A DNA stretch of 43,569 nucleotides from assembly GCA_017613295.1 (NCBI GenBank), contig JAGAEE010000212.1, positions 1 to 43,569 on the forward strand, in the 5' to 3' direction. The notes under the pieces are model-generated. The model saw nothing but the letters and a program-made list of their open reading frames with translations. It was not told the DNA's origin and ran no database searches. The DNA is from Desulfovibrio sp. (GTDB lineage Bacteria; Desulfobacterota; Desulfovibrionia; Desulfovibrionales; Desulfovibrionaceae). This document shows, one piece after another, positions 30,125-39,723 of the stretch. The position numbers and the translations under genes are program-made. Numbering within the stretch: the first letter of the stretch is position 1; the number at the start of each line of letters is the position of its first letter.

Positions 30125-31027
30125 ATGACAGATGCGTCCAACTGGAAAGGCATAGTCCTTGCCGGCGGCTCCGGCTCCCGCCTGTATCCTTTGACCCTGA
30201 GCGTAAGCAAGCAGCTCATGCCCATCTATGACAAACCGATGATCTACTATTCGCTGGCCATTCATCTCATGGCCGGCATACGCGACATATGTCTTATTTC
30301 TACTCCTGAGCATTTACCCCTGTACGAGGCTCTCCTGCATGACGGTTCACAATGGGGGTGTCATTTTTCCTATGTGCTTCAACCCAGGCCCGAAGGTTTG
30401 GCCCAAGCCTTTTTGCTGGCCGAGGATCATATTGCAGGTCACAACACCTGCCTTGTGCTGGGTGACAACGTCTTTTTTGGCAGTGGTCTGCCAGCCCTGA
30501 TGGGTTCTGCCATGTCACGACGTCACGGGGCGACCGTTTTCGGATACCATGTGAGCGACCCCGAACGCTATGGTGTGGTGGAGTTTGACAAGCAGCGCCG
30601 TGTGGTGAGTATTGAGGAAAAGCCACAAATGCCCAAATCCAATTTCGCCGTCACGGGCCTCTATTTCTATGACGCGAGTGTGCTGGAGATTGCCCGCAGC
30701 GTACGCCCTTCAGCGCGCGGAGAACTGGAGATCACGGACGTGAACAATGCCTATCTGTCACGGGGGGATTTGCATGTGGAACTCATGGGCCGAGGCATAG
30801 CCTGGCTGGATACGGGCACACACGATTCTCTCATGGATGCCGGGGCCTTTGTGCAAGCCGTAGAGAAGCGGCAGGGCCTCAAAGTGGCCTGTCTTGAAGA
30901 AATCGCCTGGCGCAAGGGGTACATCAGCGCTGATGACGTACGTCGGTTGGCCGCGCCTTTGTCCAAGACCGGCTACGGGCAGTATCTGTTGGAACTGGTG
31001 GATACGGGGATAGGACAATGGAAGTAG
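30125..31027 (+). CDS. rfbA: Glucose-1-phosphate thymidylyltransferase
   Basis: [42 protein letters not shown]. Confidence 0.98.
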   Translation: MTDASNWKGIVLAGGSGSRLYPLTLSVSKQLMPIYDKPMIYYSLAIHLMAGIRDICLISTPEHLPLYEALLHDGSQWGCHFSYVLQPRPEGLAQAFLLAEDHIAGHNTCLVLGDNVFFGSGLPALMGSAMSRRHGATVFGYHVSDPERYGVVEFDKQRRVVSIEEKPQMPKSNFAVTGLYFYDASVLEIARSVRPSARGELEITDVNNAYLSRGDLHVELMGRGIAWLDTGTHDSLMDAGAFVQAVEKRQGLKVACLEEIAWRKGYISADDVRRLAAPLSKTGYGQYLLELVDTGIGQWK

Positions 31028-31551
31028 TGACGACACCCATAGACGGAGTATTGCTCATCAAGCCCAAAGTGTGGGGAGACGAGCGCGGCTATTTTGTGGA
31101 GACGTGGCAGCAGGAGCGATATTCTGCAGCGGGTATTGAGGGCCCCTTTGTGCAGGACAACCATTCCAGGTCTTGCTTCGGTACGTTGCGTGGATTGCAT
31201 TTTCAAAAAACGCGCCCCCAGGGCAAACTGGTCAGTGTTTCTTTGGGAAAGGTTTTTGACGTTGCCGTGGACATACGGCGAGGGTCTCCCACCTTCGGAA
31301 AATGGTATGGCGTGGAGTTGACGCAGGAAAATCAGTGGCAGCTCTGGATAGCGCCTGGCCTGGCACACGGTTTTGCCGTCACGAGCGAGGTTGCCCATTT
31401 TCATTACAAATGCACCGAGTTTTACTGTCCTGGTGATGAGGGGGCCATAAGGTGGAATGATCCCGATGTGGGTGTGACCTGGCCCATAAGTGATCCTGTT
31501 CTGTCAGAAAAGGACAAAATGGCGCCTTTTTTCGCCCAACAAATGTTTTAA
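31018..31551 (+). CDS. rfbC: dTDP-4-dehydrorhamnose 3,5-epimerase
   Basis: [37 protein letters not shown]. Confidence 0.97.
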   Translation: MEVVTTPIDGVLLIKPKVWGDERGYFVETWQQERYSAAGIEGPFVQDNHSRSCFGTLRGLHFQKTRPQGKLVSVSLGKVFDVAVDIRRGSPTFGKWYGVELTQENQWQLWIAPGLAHGFAVTSEVAHFHYKCTEFYCPGDEGAIRWNDPDVGVTWPISDPVLSEKDKMAPFFAQQMF

Positions 31552-31638
31552 TGTTGCTAGAGGATATGTCGTAAAGCATGCTTCTCTCCTGCCCTTTTTC
31601 GCTGACAGCAAGAAACGGAAAAAATTTATTGCCAACCC

Positions 31639-31666
31639 TCAAGTTTTTTGTCGTTTCTGCCGATAG
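31639..31666 (+). promoter_or_regulatory. Candidate sigma28 (FliA) promoter
   Basis: TCAAG-15 nt-GCCGATAG, about 40 nt upstream of the SprA-like ORF. Confidence 0.55.
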
Positions 31667-31708
31667 AAATGACAAAGTAGTGTTCTATGTACTTTGGGAG
31701 ATGGCAAG

Positions 31709-32404
31709 ATGGACGCATTGCACAGTATCAGCACTCAACCCATATCCGTTTTTGGGGGGCCGGTCGCTGGCGGGGAAATGACCGAGGGGACAAATCGTCC
31801 TGGAGGGCGTTTTGCTCTTCCATCAGGTTTGTCCCAAGGCAGGGATAGTGGCAATGTCGACAGGCTTGGCTTGAGCCCTGAAGCCGAGACGCAACTGCGT
31901 GAGCTTAAGCAGCGTGACGCCGAGGTGCGTGCCCACGAGCGGGCTCACCTTTCCGCCGGAGGACAATATGTCAACGGCGGTCCGCACTATACCTATCAGA
32001 AGGGACCAGACGGCAAGCAATACGCCAGCGGCGGGCATGTGGATATTGATGTCTCCCCAGTGTCCGGTGATCCAGAAGCCACTCGTAAGAAAGCCGAACA
32101 GGTGCGTCGGGCCGCCACGGCTCCTGGTCAGCCATCAAGTCAGGATCGGCAGGTTGCCGCAGAGGCCGCCGCAATGTCTGCAGAGGCCGTTCAGAATGAG
32201 CGGGGGGAGAAGCGCCTTGAGACGGAAGGTATGGATCCGACTGCCCCGCACGTCGTCACGGCAGAAATTGTGGATACGCAAGATACTCCCCGAAACCGAG
32301 CTCAGGCGCACGCCGCTCAAGCTTATGCAGACATGTCAATGCGAGGCGTCATGCCTGTGTCTCTGGCTCCTGGTTCTTTTGTGGCGACCTCCATTACCGT
32401 GTAG
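31709..32404 (+). CDS. SprA-related family protein (putative metalloprotease)
   Basis: LKQRDAEVRAHERAH, YQKGPDGKQYASGGHV.ID, AATAP.QPSSQDRQVA. Confidence 0.88.
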   Translation: MDALHSISTQPISVFGGPVAGGEMTEGTNRPGGRFALPSGLSQGRDSGNVDRLGLSPEAETQLRELKQRDAEVRAHERAHLSAGGQYVNGGPHYTYQKGPDGKQYASGGHVDIDVSPVSGDPEATRKKAEQVRRAATAPGQPSSQDRQVAAEAAAMSAEAVQNERGEKRLETEGMDPTAPHVVTAEIVDTQDTPRNRAQAHAAQAYADMSMRGVMPVSLAPGSFVATSITV

Positions 32405-32424
32405 TTTTGCCAGAAGCAGTCCTG

Positions 32425-33207
32425 TCAGCTATTGATGACAGTGCCCAGATGGTCATCATCCAGCAGATAACGACGCAAGCTTGAAGGGGCGCGCCCGTCC
32501 AGAATGAGAGCATGTTGGCAGCCTTTTTCAAGCGCGTACAGACATGCCTCTACCTTGGGAATCATGCCGCCAGTGATGACATTGCTCTGGCGCAGCGTGT
32601 TGGCTTCCGTACGGGTCAGGGTGGTGATCAGTCTGCCGTGAGCATCCAGCACACCTGGCACGTCAGAAATGAGCACAAAGTATTCCGCCTTCAGTGCTCC
32701 AGCCAGAGCACCAGCTGCCGTGTCCGCATTGATGTTCAGTGCCTGACCCTCAGGGCCTGAGGCCACCGGGGCCACCACAGGCACGAAACCGGCGTCCAAC
32801 AGTGTGTGTGGCAGAGCAGGGTTGACATTTTCCACCGTGCCTACCAGCCCCAAGAGAGGATCTTTGATACGGGCCTGCAAAAGGCCGCCATCTCTTCCGG
32901 AAATGCCAGCTGCAGGCGTGCCCTGTCGAGTCAGCTCGTTGACCACGGCCTTGTTGACCTGGCCGCAGAGGACCATTTCAACGGCTTCCATAGTAGCCTG
33001 GTCCGTAATGCGCAGGCCGTCAGCAAAGCGGCTTTCTATGTTCAGGCGCTGCAGAAGAGTGGATATCTGCGGGCCACCTCCATGCACAATGACGAAACGC
33101 ATGCCCTGTTTGTGAAGTAGCGCCAGATCACTAGCGAAGGCCGCGCTGAGTTCGGGCTTATCCATGGCGTGACCGCCATATTTAATAACAACTACGGTAT
33201 GTTGCAT
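32425..33207 (-). CDS. argB: Acetylglutamate kinase
   Basis: VVIKYGGHAM, VHGGGPQI, GLRIT, NINADTAA, GGMIPKV. Confidence 0.97.
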   Translation of the reverse strand: MQHTVVVIKYGGHAMDKPELSAAFASDLALLHKQGMRFVIVHGGGPQISTLLQRLNIESRFADGLRITDQATMEAVEMVLCGQVNKAVVNELTRQGTPAAGISGRDGGLLQARIKDPLLGLVGTVENVNPALPHTLLDAGFVPVVAPVASGPEGQALNINADTAAGALAGALKAEYFVLISDVPGVLDAHGRLITTLTRTEANTLRQSNVITGGMIPKVEACLYALEKGCQHALILDGRAPSSLRRYLLDDDHLGTVINS

Positions 33208-33321
33208 GTGTGATTTCCTTGGTGAGAGCGGTGAAACGTGCCATTTGCTTTGCCTATTCTGGCAGAATAACACAAACCATGCCTCTTGTCATTTGTCCAT
33301 GCAATGCGTAACTCTGCCTTC

Positions 33322-35694
33322 ATGTACGCCCACGTCGCACTGCTTACACAGCCTCATGCCACTCTTACCTATACCCTACCACCGGAATTCCCCGAGTGTT
33401 TCTGGCGGATTGGGCTGCGCGTGGCTGTGCCCCTTGGCAGGGGTAATGCCGGTCGGCTGCGTGCGGCAGTGCTTTTGCGTACGAGCGAAATTTGCGAATT
33501 GCCGGAAAATGTGATCTGCAAACCTTTGGCCTGGCCGCTGGAAAAAAATCCTCTGATCAGCGTTGAGCTTTTGGAACTGGTTGAAGATTTGGCCAAGCGT
33601 CAGGGTGTCAGTGTGGGCTACATTTGGGGGCACGTGCTGCCGCAGGGGTTGCGGCGAACTGATATACGCCTGCATTGTCTTGAAGAAGGTCGGGCGCGCA
33701 TTGTGCCTTTCCCCAGGATTATTGAGGCTTCCCAGCAGGAACGCAAGGAATGGGCCAGGGCTTTGTGTGAGGGATCTGCCAATCTGATCCCTGCGGGAAG
33801 GGATGCGGCAGAACTGGAATTTTGCCAATTGCGTGTGGATCCCCCGTGGCCTGTGCGTCCTGCCGCCACAAGGCAGCGGGCCGTTCTGGAATATCTGTGG
33901 CAAAATGGCAGTGTCAGTCGGCGTCGCCTGATGCAATCTGTAGATCAGGCCGGGCCAGCCCTGCGATCCCTGTTGGCGTCCGGGTACGTGTCCCTGTCAC
34001 GCGAGAGTGGCTTGAACGAAGATGACAACAGCGTACAGAAGGACCTGATGCCTCCACCGCCTCGTCCTTTTGCGCTCAATGCCGATCAGAATGCCGCCCT
34101 CACAAACATGCGTTCTGCGCTGGAAGACGGAAAGGCCGTCTCGCGCCTGCTTTTCGGAGTGACGGGCAGTGGCAAGACCGCAGTCTATCTGGAGCTTGCC
34201 AAAGAATGTCTGGGCATGGGCAAGAGTGTGCTGCTGCTGGCTCCGGAAGTGGCCTTGGCCTGCAAGTTGCGGAGGGATACGGCATGTGCCCTGCCTGACG
34301 TCCCCCTGTTTTTCCATCATGGCTATCAGTCTTCCTTGCGTCGGGAAGCGACCTTTCGTGCGCTGGCAGAACGTCATGAGCCCTGTCTCGTGGTGGGTAC
34401 ACGTTCGGCCCTCTTTTTGCCCATTCCTCGCCTGGGCTGCGTCGTGCTGGATGAAGAGCACGACAATTCGTTCAAGCAGGACGAAAGTTTGGTCTATCAT
34501 GCCAAGGAAGTGGCCTGGTTTCGAATGCTCAGAAATCAGGGCTTGCTGGTGTTGGGGTCGGCCACGCCAGATTTGAAGACCTTTTATGCGGCCGAGCAGG
34601 GGTACTTGCCTTTGCTTCGTCTGCCCAACCGGGTGGGCGGCCGTAGCCTGCCACCGGTAGAACTGGTGGACATCGCTTCCCTCAAACCTGGAGGCACAAC
34701 TACGGAGGGCCTGCTGGCGCCGCGAAGCGAGGAAGCCCTGCGCCAGACCCTGGCTCGTGGTGAGCAGGCCGTTGTGTTGCTCAACAGGCGCGGCTACGCA
34801 CCACTCATGTATTGTCTGGATTGTCACCGTAGTCTGCGCTGCCCGCAGTGCGACATCGCCCTGACCTACCACAAGGGCATGGAGCAGCTTGTTTGTCATT
34901 ATTGCGGGTACACTAGGTCTTTCCCCGGACCTTGTCCCCAGTGCGGTGGCATGCAGTTCCTGCCCATGGGCGAAGGCACGGAACGACTGGCCGAGCGATT
35001 GAGCGTGCTGGCCGGGAGGCCTGTTCTGCGATTGGACAGGGACAGTACCCGTCGCCTTGGCCGGATGGAGGAAATCCTTTCCGCCTTCGCCCGACAGGAA
35101 TCGCCCATTCTTGTGGGCACACAAATGTTGTCCAAGGGGCATCACTTTCCGCAGGTGACACTGGCCGTAGTGGCCGATGGCGACCTTGGCCTGAATTTGC
35201 CGGATTATCGTGCGGCGGAGCGAACATTTCAGCTGCTGGTGCAATCCGCCGGACGAGCCGGAAGAGGAGATAAGCCGGGGCAGGTTCTTATCCAGACCCG
35301 CGACGTGCGGCATTATTGCTGGCAGTACGTACAATCGGCCGATTATGAAGGTTTCTATCGCAAGGAGCTTGAACTCAGGCGCCTGCGCCGTTATCCGCCA
35401 TTTGTACGACTGGCGCTAATTCGCCTCTCCTATGGCATGGAAGAGCAGAATGGGCCGTCTGCCCTGGGAGAATTGTCTCAGGTCCTGCGTAGGCGTGCGA
35501 AGGAGCTTGGCGTGCAGTTATTGGGGCCGGCGCCAGCGCCTTTGGCCCTTCTGCGAGGACGAAAGCGCTATGCCTGTCTGTTGAAAGGACAGAACTGGCA
35601 AGACCTGCGTGCCCTTTATCATTATGCCAAGACTCAAAAGTCGGCCAAATTTTTGCGACTTTTTCTTGACCTTGATCCCGTTAATATGTTGTAG
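33322..35694 (+). CDS. priA: Primosomal protein N' (replication restart helicase)
   Basis: GVTGSGKT, DEEH, GSATP, NRRGY, four CxxC motifs, GTQMLSKGHHFP, AGRAGRG. Confidence 0.97.
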   Translation: MYAHVALLTQPHATLTYTLPPEFPECFWRIGLRVAVPLGRGNAGRLRAAVLLRTSEICELPENVICKPLAWPLEKNPLISVELLELVEDLAKRQGVSVGYIWGHVLPQGLRRTDIRLHCLEEGRARIVPFPRIIEASQQERKEWARALCEGSANLIPAGRDAAELEFCQLRVDPPWPVRPAATRQRAVLEYLWQNGSVSRRRLMQSVDQAGPALRSLLASGYVSLSRESGLNEDDNSVQKDLMPPPPRPFALNADQNAALTNMRSALEDGKAVSRLLFGVTGSGKTAVYLELAKECLGMGKSVLLLAPEVALACKLRRDTACALPDVPLFFHHGYQSSLRREATFRALAERHEPCLVVGTRSALFLPIPRLGCVVLDEEHDNSFKQDESLVYHAKEVAWFRMLRNQGLLVLGSATPDLKTFYAAEQGYLPLLRLPNRVGGRSLPPVELVDIASLKPGGTTTEGLLAPRSEEALRQTLARGEQAVVLLNRRGYAPLMYCLDCHRSLRCPQCDIALTYHKGMEQLVCHYCGYTRSFPGPCPQCGGMQFLPMGEGTERLAERLSVLAGRPVLRLDRDSTRRLGRMEEILSAFARQESPILVGTQMLSKGHHFPQVTLAVVADGDLGLNLPDYRAAERTFQLLVQSAGRAGRGDKPGQVLIQTRDVRHYCWQYVQSADYEGFYRKELELRRLRRYPPFVRLALIRLSYGMEEQNGPSALGELSQVLRRRAKELGVQLLGPAPAPLALLRGRKRYACLLKGQNWQDLRALYHYAKTQKSAKFLRLFLDLDPVNML

Positions 35695-35776
35695 CAGGGC
35701 GTTGTGCATTGTATACGTCGTTAGGCACGTTCGGTAAGGACGTGTCGCCATGCTTTATCCCCACCTTGGAGGATTG

Positions 35777-37045
35777 ATGAAAGTCCTGCATACCGCCTGT
35801 GTTGTGCTTGTTCTTGTCTTTTGCTGTACGTCCGCTGCACGTGGAGAGGGTTTCGCCCTTAACGAATGGAGTGCGCGCGGTGTCTCCCTGGCGAATGGCC
35901 TGGTAGGCCGTGCCGACGACGTTTCTGCCCTGGCCTACAATGCCGCCGGCATCACCCAATTGCCAGGCACGCATTTCATGGGCGGTTTGGCCTTCATCTC
36001 TCCGTCTGGCAGTGTGGAAAGCTATACCGCTGGTGGTTCTCACACCACCACGGCCAAACCGGCCACATGGATGGCTCCGCACGCGTTTATCAGCCATCAG
36101 TGTAATGACAACGTCTGGCTGGGCTTTGGGGTGTTTTCGCGTTTTGGTTTGGGGAACAGCTATAGCGGCGACTGGCAGGGCAGGTACAACATGTATGATG
36201 TGGGAGTGCAGACCCTTTCCTTTGTTCCCACGCTTGCCCTGAAAATCAACGAGATGTTTTCAGTTTCTGTTGGGCTGGATATTATGGACGGCCACATGTA
36301 TCTCGGATCAAAAATTCCCACTGTCACCGTAGCCATGGAGCGTTTTGACAACGACATGCAGCTTGAGGGCAGCGGTTGGGGGGTAGGGGCGCATGTCGGC
36401 CTGCACATGCGTCTTAATGATCAATGGTCTGTGGGGGTGAGCTACAAGAGCCAGGTGACGTTACATTTGAACGGTGATGTGGAATTTGGATGGCATGGGG
36501 ATAATCTCGCGCGGGCTGTGGCACATCTGCCCGAGGCCAGAGATTGTAACGCTGAGGCCACCCTCCAGCTGCCGGATTCCCTCGCGTTGGGCATAGCCTT
36601 CAAACCTCTGGATAATTTGAGCTTTGAAGTCGGAACCACATGGACACGCTGGTCAACCTACAATGCCCTGAATATCTATATGGAAGACTATGACTCCATC
36701 AATAATAAGGAATGGCGTGATGGCTGGAATTTTAACGCCAGCGTGGAGTACAAGCCGCTGGACTGGTGGGCGCTGCGCGCAGGTTTTTTTTATGAAACGC
36801 CGGTCATCAGCGAGGACCACGCCGACTTTATCGTTCCCACAAATGGCCGCAAAACACTTAGTCTTGGTATGGGATTTCAGTGGAATAACTGGGCGTTGGA
36901 TTTGGCCTACTCGCATGTGTGGGTCAATTCGACAGATTATGGCAATACCAGAGCCTCGGGCATCAGGAGCGGAGGTATCATTGGAGGACAATCCAAAAAT
37001 GTCTCGGCCGACATAGCCATGTTTTCATTATCTTATACTTTTTAA
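35777..37045 (+). CDS. OmpP1/FadL-family outer-membrane transporter
   Basis: Signal peptide, then EGFALNEWSARG...DDVSALAYNAAGITQL; C-terminal YTF. Confidence 0.92.
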   Translation: MKVLHTACVVLVLVFCCTSAARGEGFALNEWSARGVSLANGLVGRADDVSALAYNAAGITQLPGTHFMGGLAFISPSGSVESYTAGGSHTTTAKPATWMAPHAFISHQCNDNVWLGFGVFSRFGLGNSYSGDWQGRYNMYDVGVQTLSFVPTLALKINEMFSVSVGLDIMDGHMYLGSKIPTVTVAMERFDNDMQLEGSGWGVGAHVGLHMRLNDQWSVGVSYKSQVTLHLNGDVEFGWHGDNLARAVAHLPEARDCNAEATLQLPDSLALGIAFKPLDNLSFEVGTTWTRWSTYNALNIYMEDYDSINNKEWRDGWNFNASVEYKPLDWWALRAGFFYETPVISEDHADFIVPTNGRKTLSLGMGFQWNNWALDLAYSHVWVNSTDYGNTRASGIRSGGIIGGQSKNVSADIAMFSLSYTF

Positions 37046-37074
37046 CATATTTATATATTTCAATATGTTAAAAA
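37039..37074. repeat. 13-bp perfect AT-rich inverted repeat containing IHF-like sites
   Basis: TTTTTAACATATT-10 nt-AATATGTTAAAAA. Confidence 0.7.
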
Positions 37075-37076
37075 AT

Positions 37077-37104
37077 AAGATCCGCATCGGCGGATCTTTT
37101 TTTT
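37077..37104 (+). terminator. Intrinsic terminator after the fadL-like gene
   Basis: AAGATCCGC-ATCG-GCGGATCTT followed by a T tract. Confidence 0.85.
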
Positions 37105-37208
37105 GAATGAAGGCAAGAAATATAGCAAATTTATTGACTTTTTCATGAAAATATCTCAATTTTTTTTGGCTTTTTTGTCTAGAAAGGAAGACATTCAGGA
37201 GGTTTTTC

Positions 37209-37880
37209 ATGAAACGCCTCATGCTCGCCTTGATGCTTGTGCTGACCATAGCGTTGCCAATGACGGCTTTTGCCGAGAATACCGGAATGTATCTGGCCCC
37301 CAAATTCCTCATGACGTTTCAAAATACGGGGGTGATGGAACGATCCGGTTCCCTCGCTGGGTCAGGCGTGGACGAGTACGGTCAGTTTACTTTGGGTGGC
37401 GCTCTGGCTCTGGGTTACGATTTCTGGCCTCAACAAATGCTCCCTCTGCGAGCCGAGTTGGAGCTTGCCCTGCGGGGAAACAGCGAGACCACCTGGGATG
37501 GCGGCCTCATGGAGGAAGTGAAGGGCACCTGGAATTCTTCAACGCTCTTCGCCAACCTGTTCTGGGATTTTCACAATGCCACCATTGTCACTCCCTATGT
37601 GGGGGGGGGCGTGGGGCTGGCCTTCAATTACGCCGGATACGATTTTACAACTCGCGGGGGAGATCGCTTTTCCGGCGATGAACGCACTACCAATTTTGCC
37701 TGGAACTTGGGCGCCGGCGCGGCTTTCACCATCAATGACCACTTTAGCGTCGACGCCTCCTACCGTTTTGTAGACATGGGATATAATGAAGTCAGTGTCT
37801 CCTCAGGTGGCAAAACTTATACCATCGGAAGCAGACCCTACAGTAATGAATTCATGCTTGGCCTTAGGTACGGTTTTTGA
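37209..37880 (+). CDS. Small outer-membrane beta-barrel protein (Opacity/Ail-like, 8-strand type)
   Basis: SD AGGAGG; signal peptide ending AFA; LRAELE, PYVGGGVG, NFAWNLGAG, DASYRF; C-terminal LRYGF. Confidence 0.9.
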   Translation: MKRLMLALMLVLTIALPMTAFAENTGMYLAPKFLMTFQNTGVMERSGSLAGSGVDEYGQFTLGGALALGYDFWPQQMLPLRAELELALRGNSETTWDGGLMEEVKGTWNSSTLFANLFWDFHNATIVTPYVGGGVGLAFNYAGYDFTTRGGDRFSGDERTTNFAWNLGAGAAFTINDHFSVDASYRFVDMGYNEVSVSSGGKTYTIGSRPYSNEFMLGLRYGF

Positions 37881-38105
37881 TTGCTGACACGCTCGACGGC
37901 ACACATTTCCCGGGTGCCGTCGGCTGTGCCGTATCGGAAAAGGGTATGTCCACAGCTGAGACGTCAGGACACTTTCCCGTAATTATTTTTATCTTGGCTT
38001 TTTTTATCTTGACAATCCGGTTGTCCTTCTGTGTCGTGCCATTTTGCGGATGAAGGCAAAAATACGAGAAATTTTGAGAAAACTCGTAAAAAATGAAGAT
38101 ATCTT

Positions 38106-38254
38106 TGTGAATATTTTTTTTTCTTTTTGTGAATATCCTTGACCCTCTTCGTAACAGCCCTAGCATATATTCGTTTTTTGGGAACGGTGACATGCGGTCA
38201 TTCTAAAAAATATATATATTTAAATATGTTACAAACATTCGTCTTTGGGGATAA
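38106..38254. promoter_or_regulatory. AT-rich region upstream of the dnaA paralog with DnaA-box-like 9-mers and a candidate sigma70 promoter
   Basis: TGTGAATAT at 38106 and 38128, TGGGGATAA at 38246; TTGACC-16-TAGCAT at 38139-38166. Confidence 0.5.
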
Positions 38255-38328
38255 AAATACTCCCGCCTGCCGCAAACCGCGCCTTATTCTCGATTGCCCG
38301 TTGACTGGCTTTTGGACTACAAGGCTGC

Positions 38329-39723
38329 ATGCGCGAAAGATGGTCAAAAATATCTGAAAATCTCAAAAAACTGGTAGAGCCCGGTGTTTTTAGGGTCTGG
38401 ATTGCTCCTCTCAAGGCCCAAGTTTTTGACACCGGTCTTCAGCTTGAAGCCCCTACCGCTTTTGTGGCCAGCTGGCTTGAAAGCAAGATGTTGCCTACGT
38501 TGCGTGAAGCGGCCTCACCCGTTTTGGGAGTCGAAGCTTCTGCCGTTGAAGTATGTATCACGGTTGGATCGGGGAAAGACGTTTCCGTCGGGGAAGCTGA
38601 ATCCCTTTCTCCTATGCCGGTATCTGAAGGAACAAACACGGTGAGCGGCGAAAGATGGACCCAGGCCAGCCTGCCTTTTGCGCTCACCCATCGCCCCTTT
38701 TCGACCGCATGGCGCTATTCCTTTGCAGATTTTGTAGTTGGTCCCACAAATAACATTGCTGTAGCTGCGGCCCGTGACGTTGCTGACGGAGCAGGCTGTG
38801 TGCAAACGCTTTTCATAAACTCGAGCGCTGGCTTGGGAAAGACGCATCTTTCTCACGCAGTGGGAAGGTCTCTTGCGGAGGAAGGTAGTGGCGTGCGGGT
38901 GGCCTATCTGACGGCAGAGGAGTTTGCCTCGCGTTTTGTGGCCGCACTTCGCAGTCGGGATGTGGAGGGTTTCAAGGCGCGCTTCCGCGATCTGGATGTG
39001 CTTTTGCTGGAAGATGTCCATTTCTTTCAGGGCAAGGAAAAAATGCAGGAAATGGCCTTGGCCGTCATCAAGGGTTTGCAGAATCGGGGAGGCAAGGTTA
39101 TTTTTACTTCATCCTTTTCTCCACGGGAGCTGCAGAACGTGGACAGTGCCCTGGTCTCACATTTTTGTTCAGGTGTTCTGACAGACATAGGGATCCCTAC
39201 GGAAGAGATGCGTCGAGATATTCTGACACGCAAAGCCAGTAATTTTCAGGTTCTGTTGCCTGACAATGTCTGTGAGCTCTTGGCCAGCCATCTGAAGGGT
39301 GACGTACGTCAGCTCGAATCCTGTCTGGACAGCCTTGTGTTCAAGGCCAGGGTGATGAACTGCGCCCCCAATCTTGACCTTGCCATGGAAATACTGGCTC
39401 AATATGCCAAGACTCCTTGTCGCTATGATTTGCAAACCATCGTGCGTCTGGTTTGTGAAAGCTATGGACTGGAAGAGCGCCAGCTGTGTTCGCGTTCCCG
39501 TCGAAAGGAATACGTTTTGGGGCGCAATACTGCCTATTATCTGGCACGCAAGCATACGGAACTCACCCTCCAGGAAATTGGGGCGCACTTCAATCGTCGG
39601 CACACTTCTGTGATAAAGGGCATTACGACGGTTGAACGTGAACTTTCCCGCGAATCCAGCCTTGGTCATCAGATCGCCCGTGCTGTCAGCCTTATCGAAC
39701 ACCATGCCGGAGTGGGTGCATAG
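38329..39723 (+). CDS. dnaA: DnaA paralog (DnaA2-like; domains I-IV present, AAA+ motifs degenerate)
   Basis: WIAPL (domain I), YSFADFVVGPTN, GLGKTHL, LLLEDVHF, DVRQLES, domain IV LQEIGAHFNRRHTSV; no dnaN downstream. Confidence 0.9.
   Translation: MRERWSKISENLKKLVEPGVFRVWIAPLKAQVFDTGLQLEAPTAFVASWLESKMLPTLREAASPVLGVEASAVEVCITVGSGKDVSVGEAESLSPMPVSEGTNTVSGERWTQASLPFALTHRPFSTAWRYSFADFVVGPTNNIAVAAARDVADGAGCVQTLFINSSAGLGKTHLSHAVGRSLAEEGSGVRVAYLTAEEFASRFVAALRSRDVEGFKARFRDLDVLLLEDVHFFQGKEKMQEMALAVIKGLQNRGGKVIFTSSFSPRELQNVDSALVSHFCSGVLTDIGIPTEEMRRDILTRKASNFQVLLPDNVCELLASHLKGDVRQLESCLDSLVFKARVMNCAPNLDLAMEILAQYAKTPCRYDLQTIVRLVCESYGLEERQLCSRSRRKEYVLGRNTAYYLARKHTELTLQEIGAHFNRRHTSVIKGITTVERELSRESSLGHQIARAVSLIEHHAGVGA

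Noticed and set aside
33997-35334. 445-aa ORF antisense to priA
   Set aside because: Antisense shadow typical of GC-rich DNA; no SD or domain.
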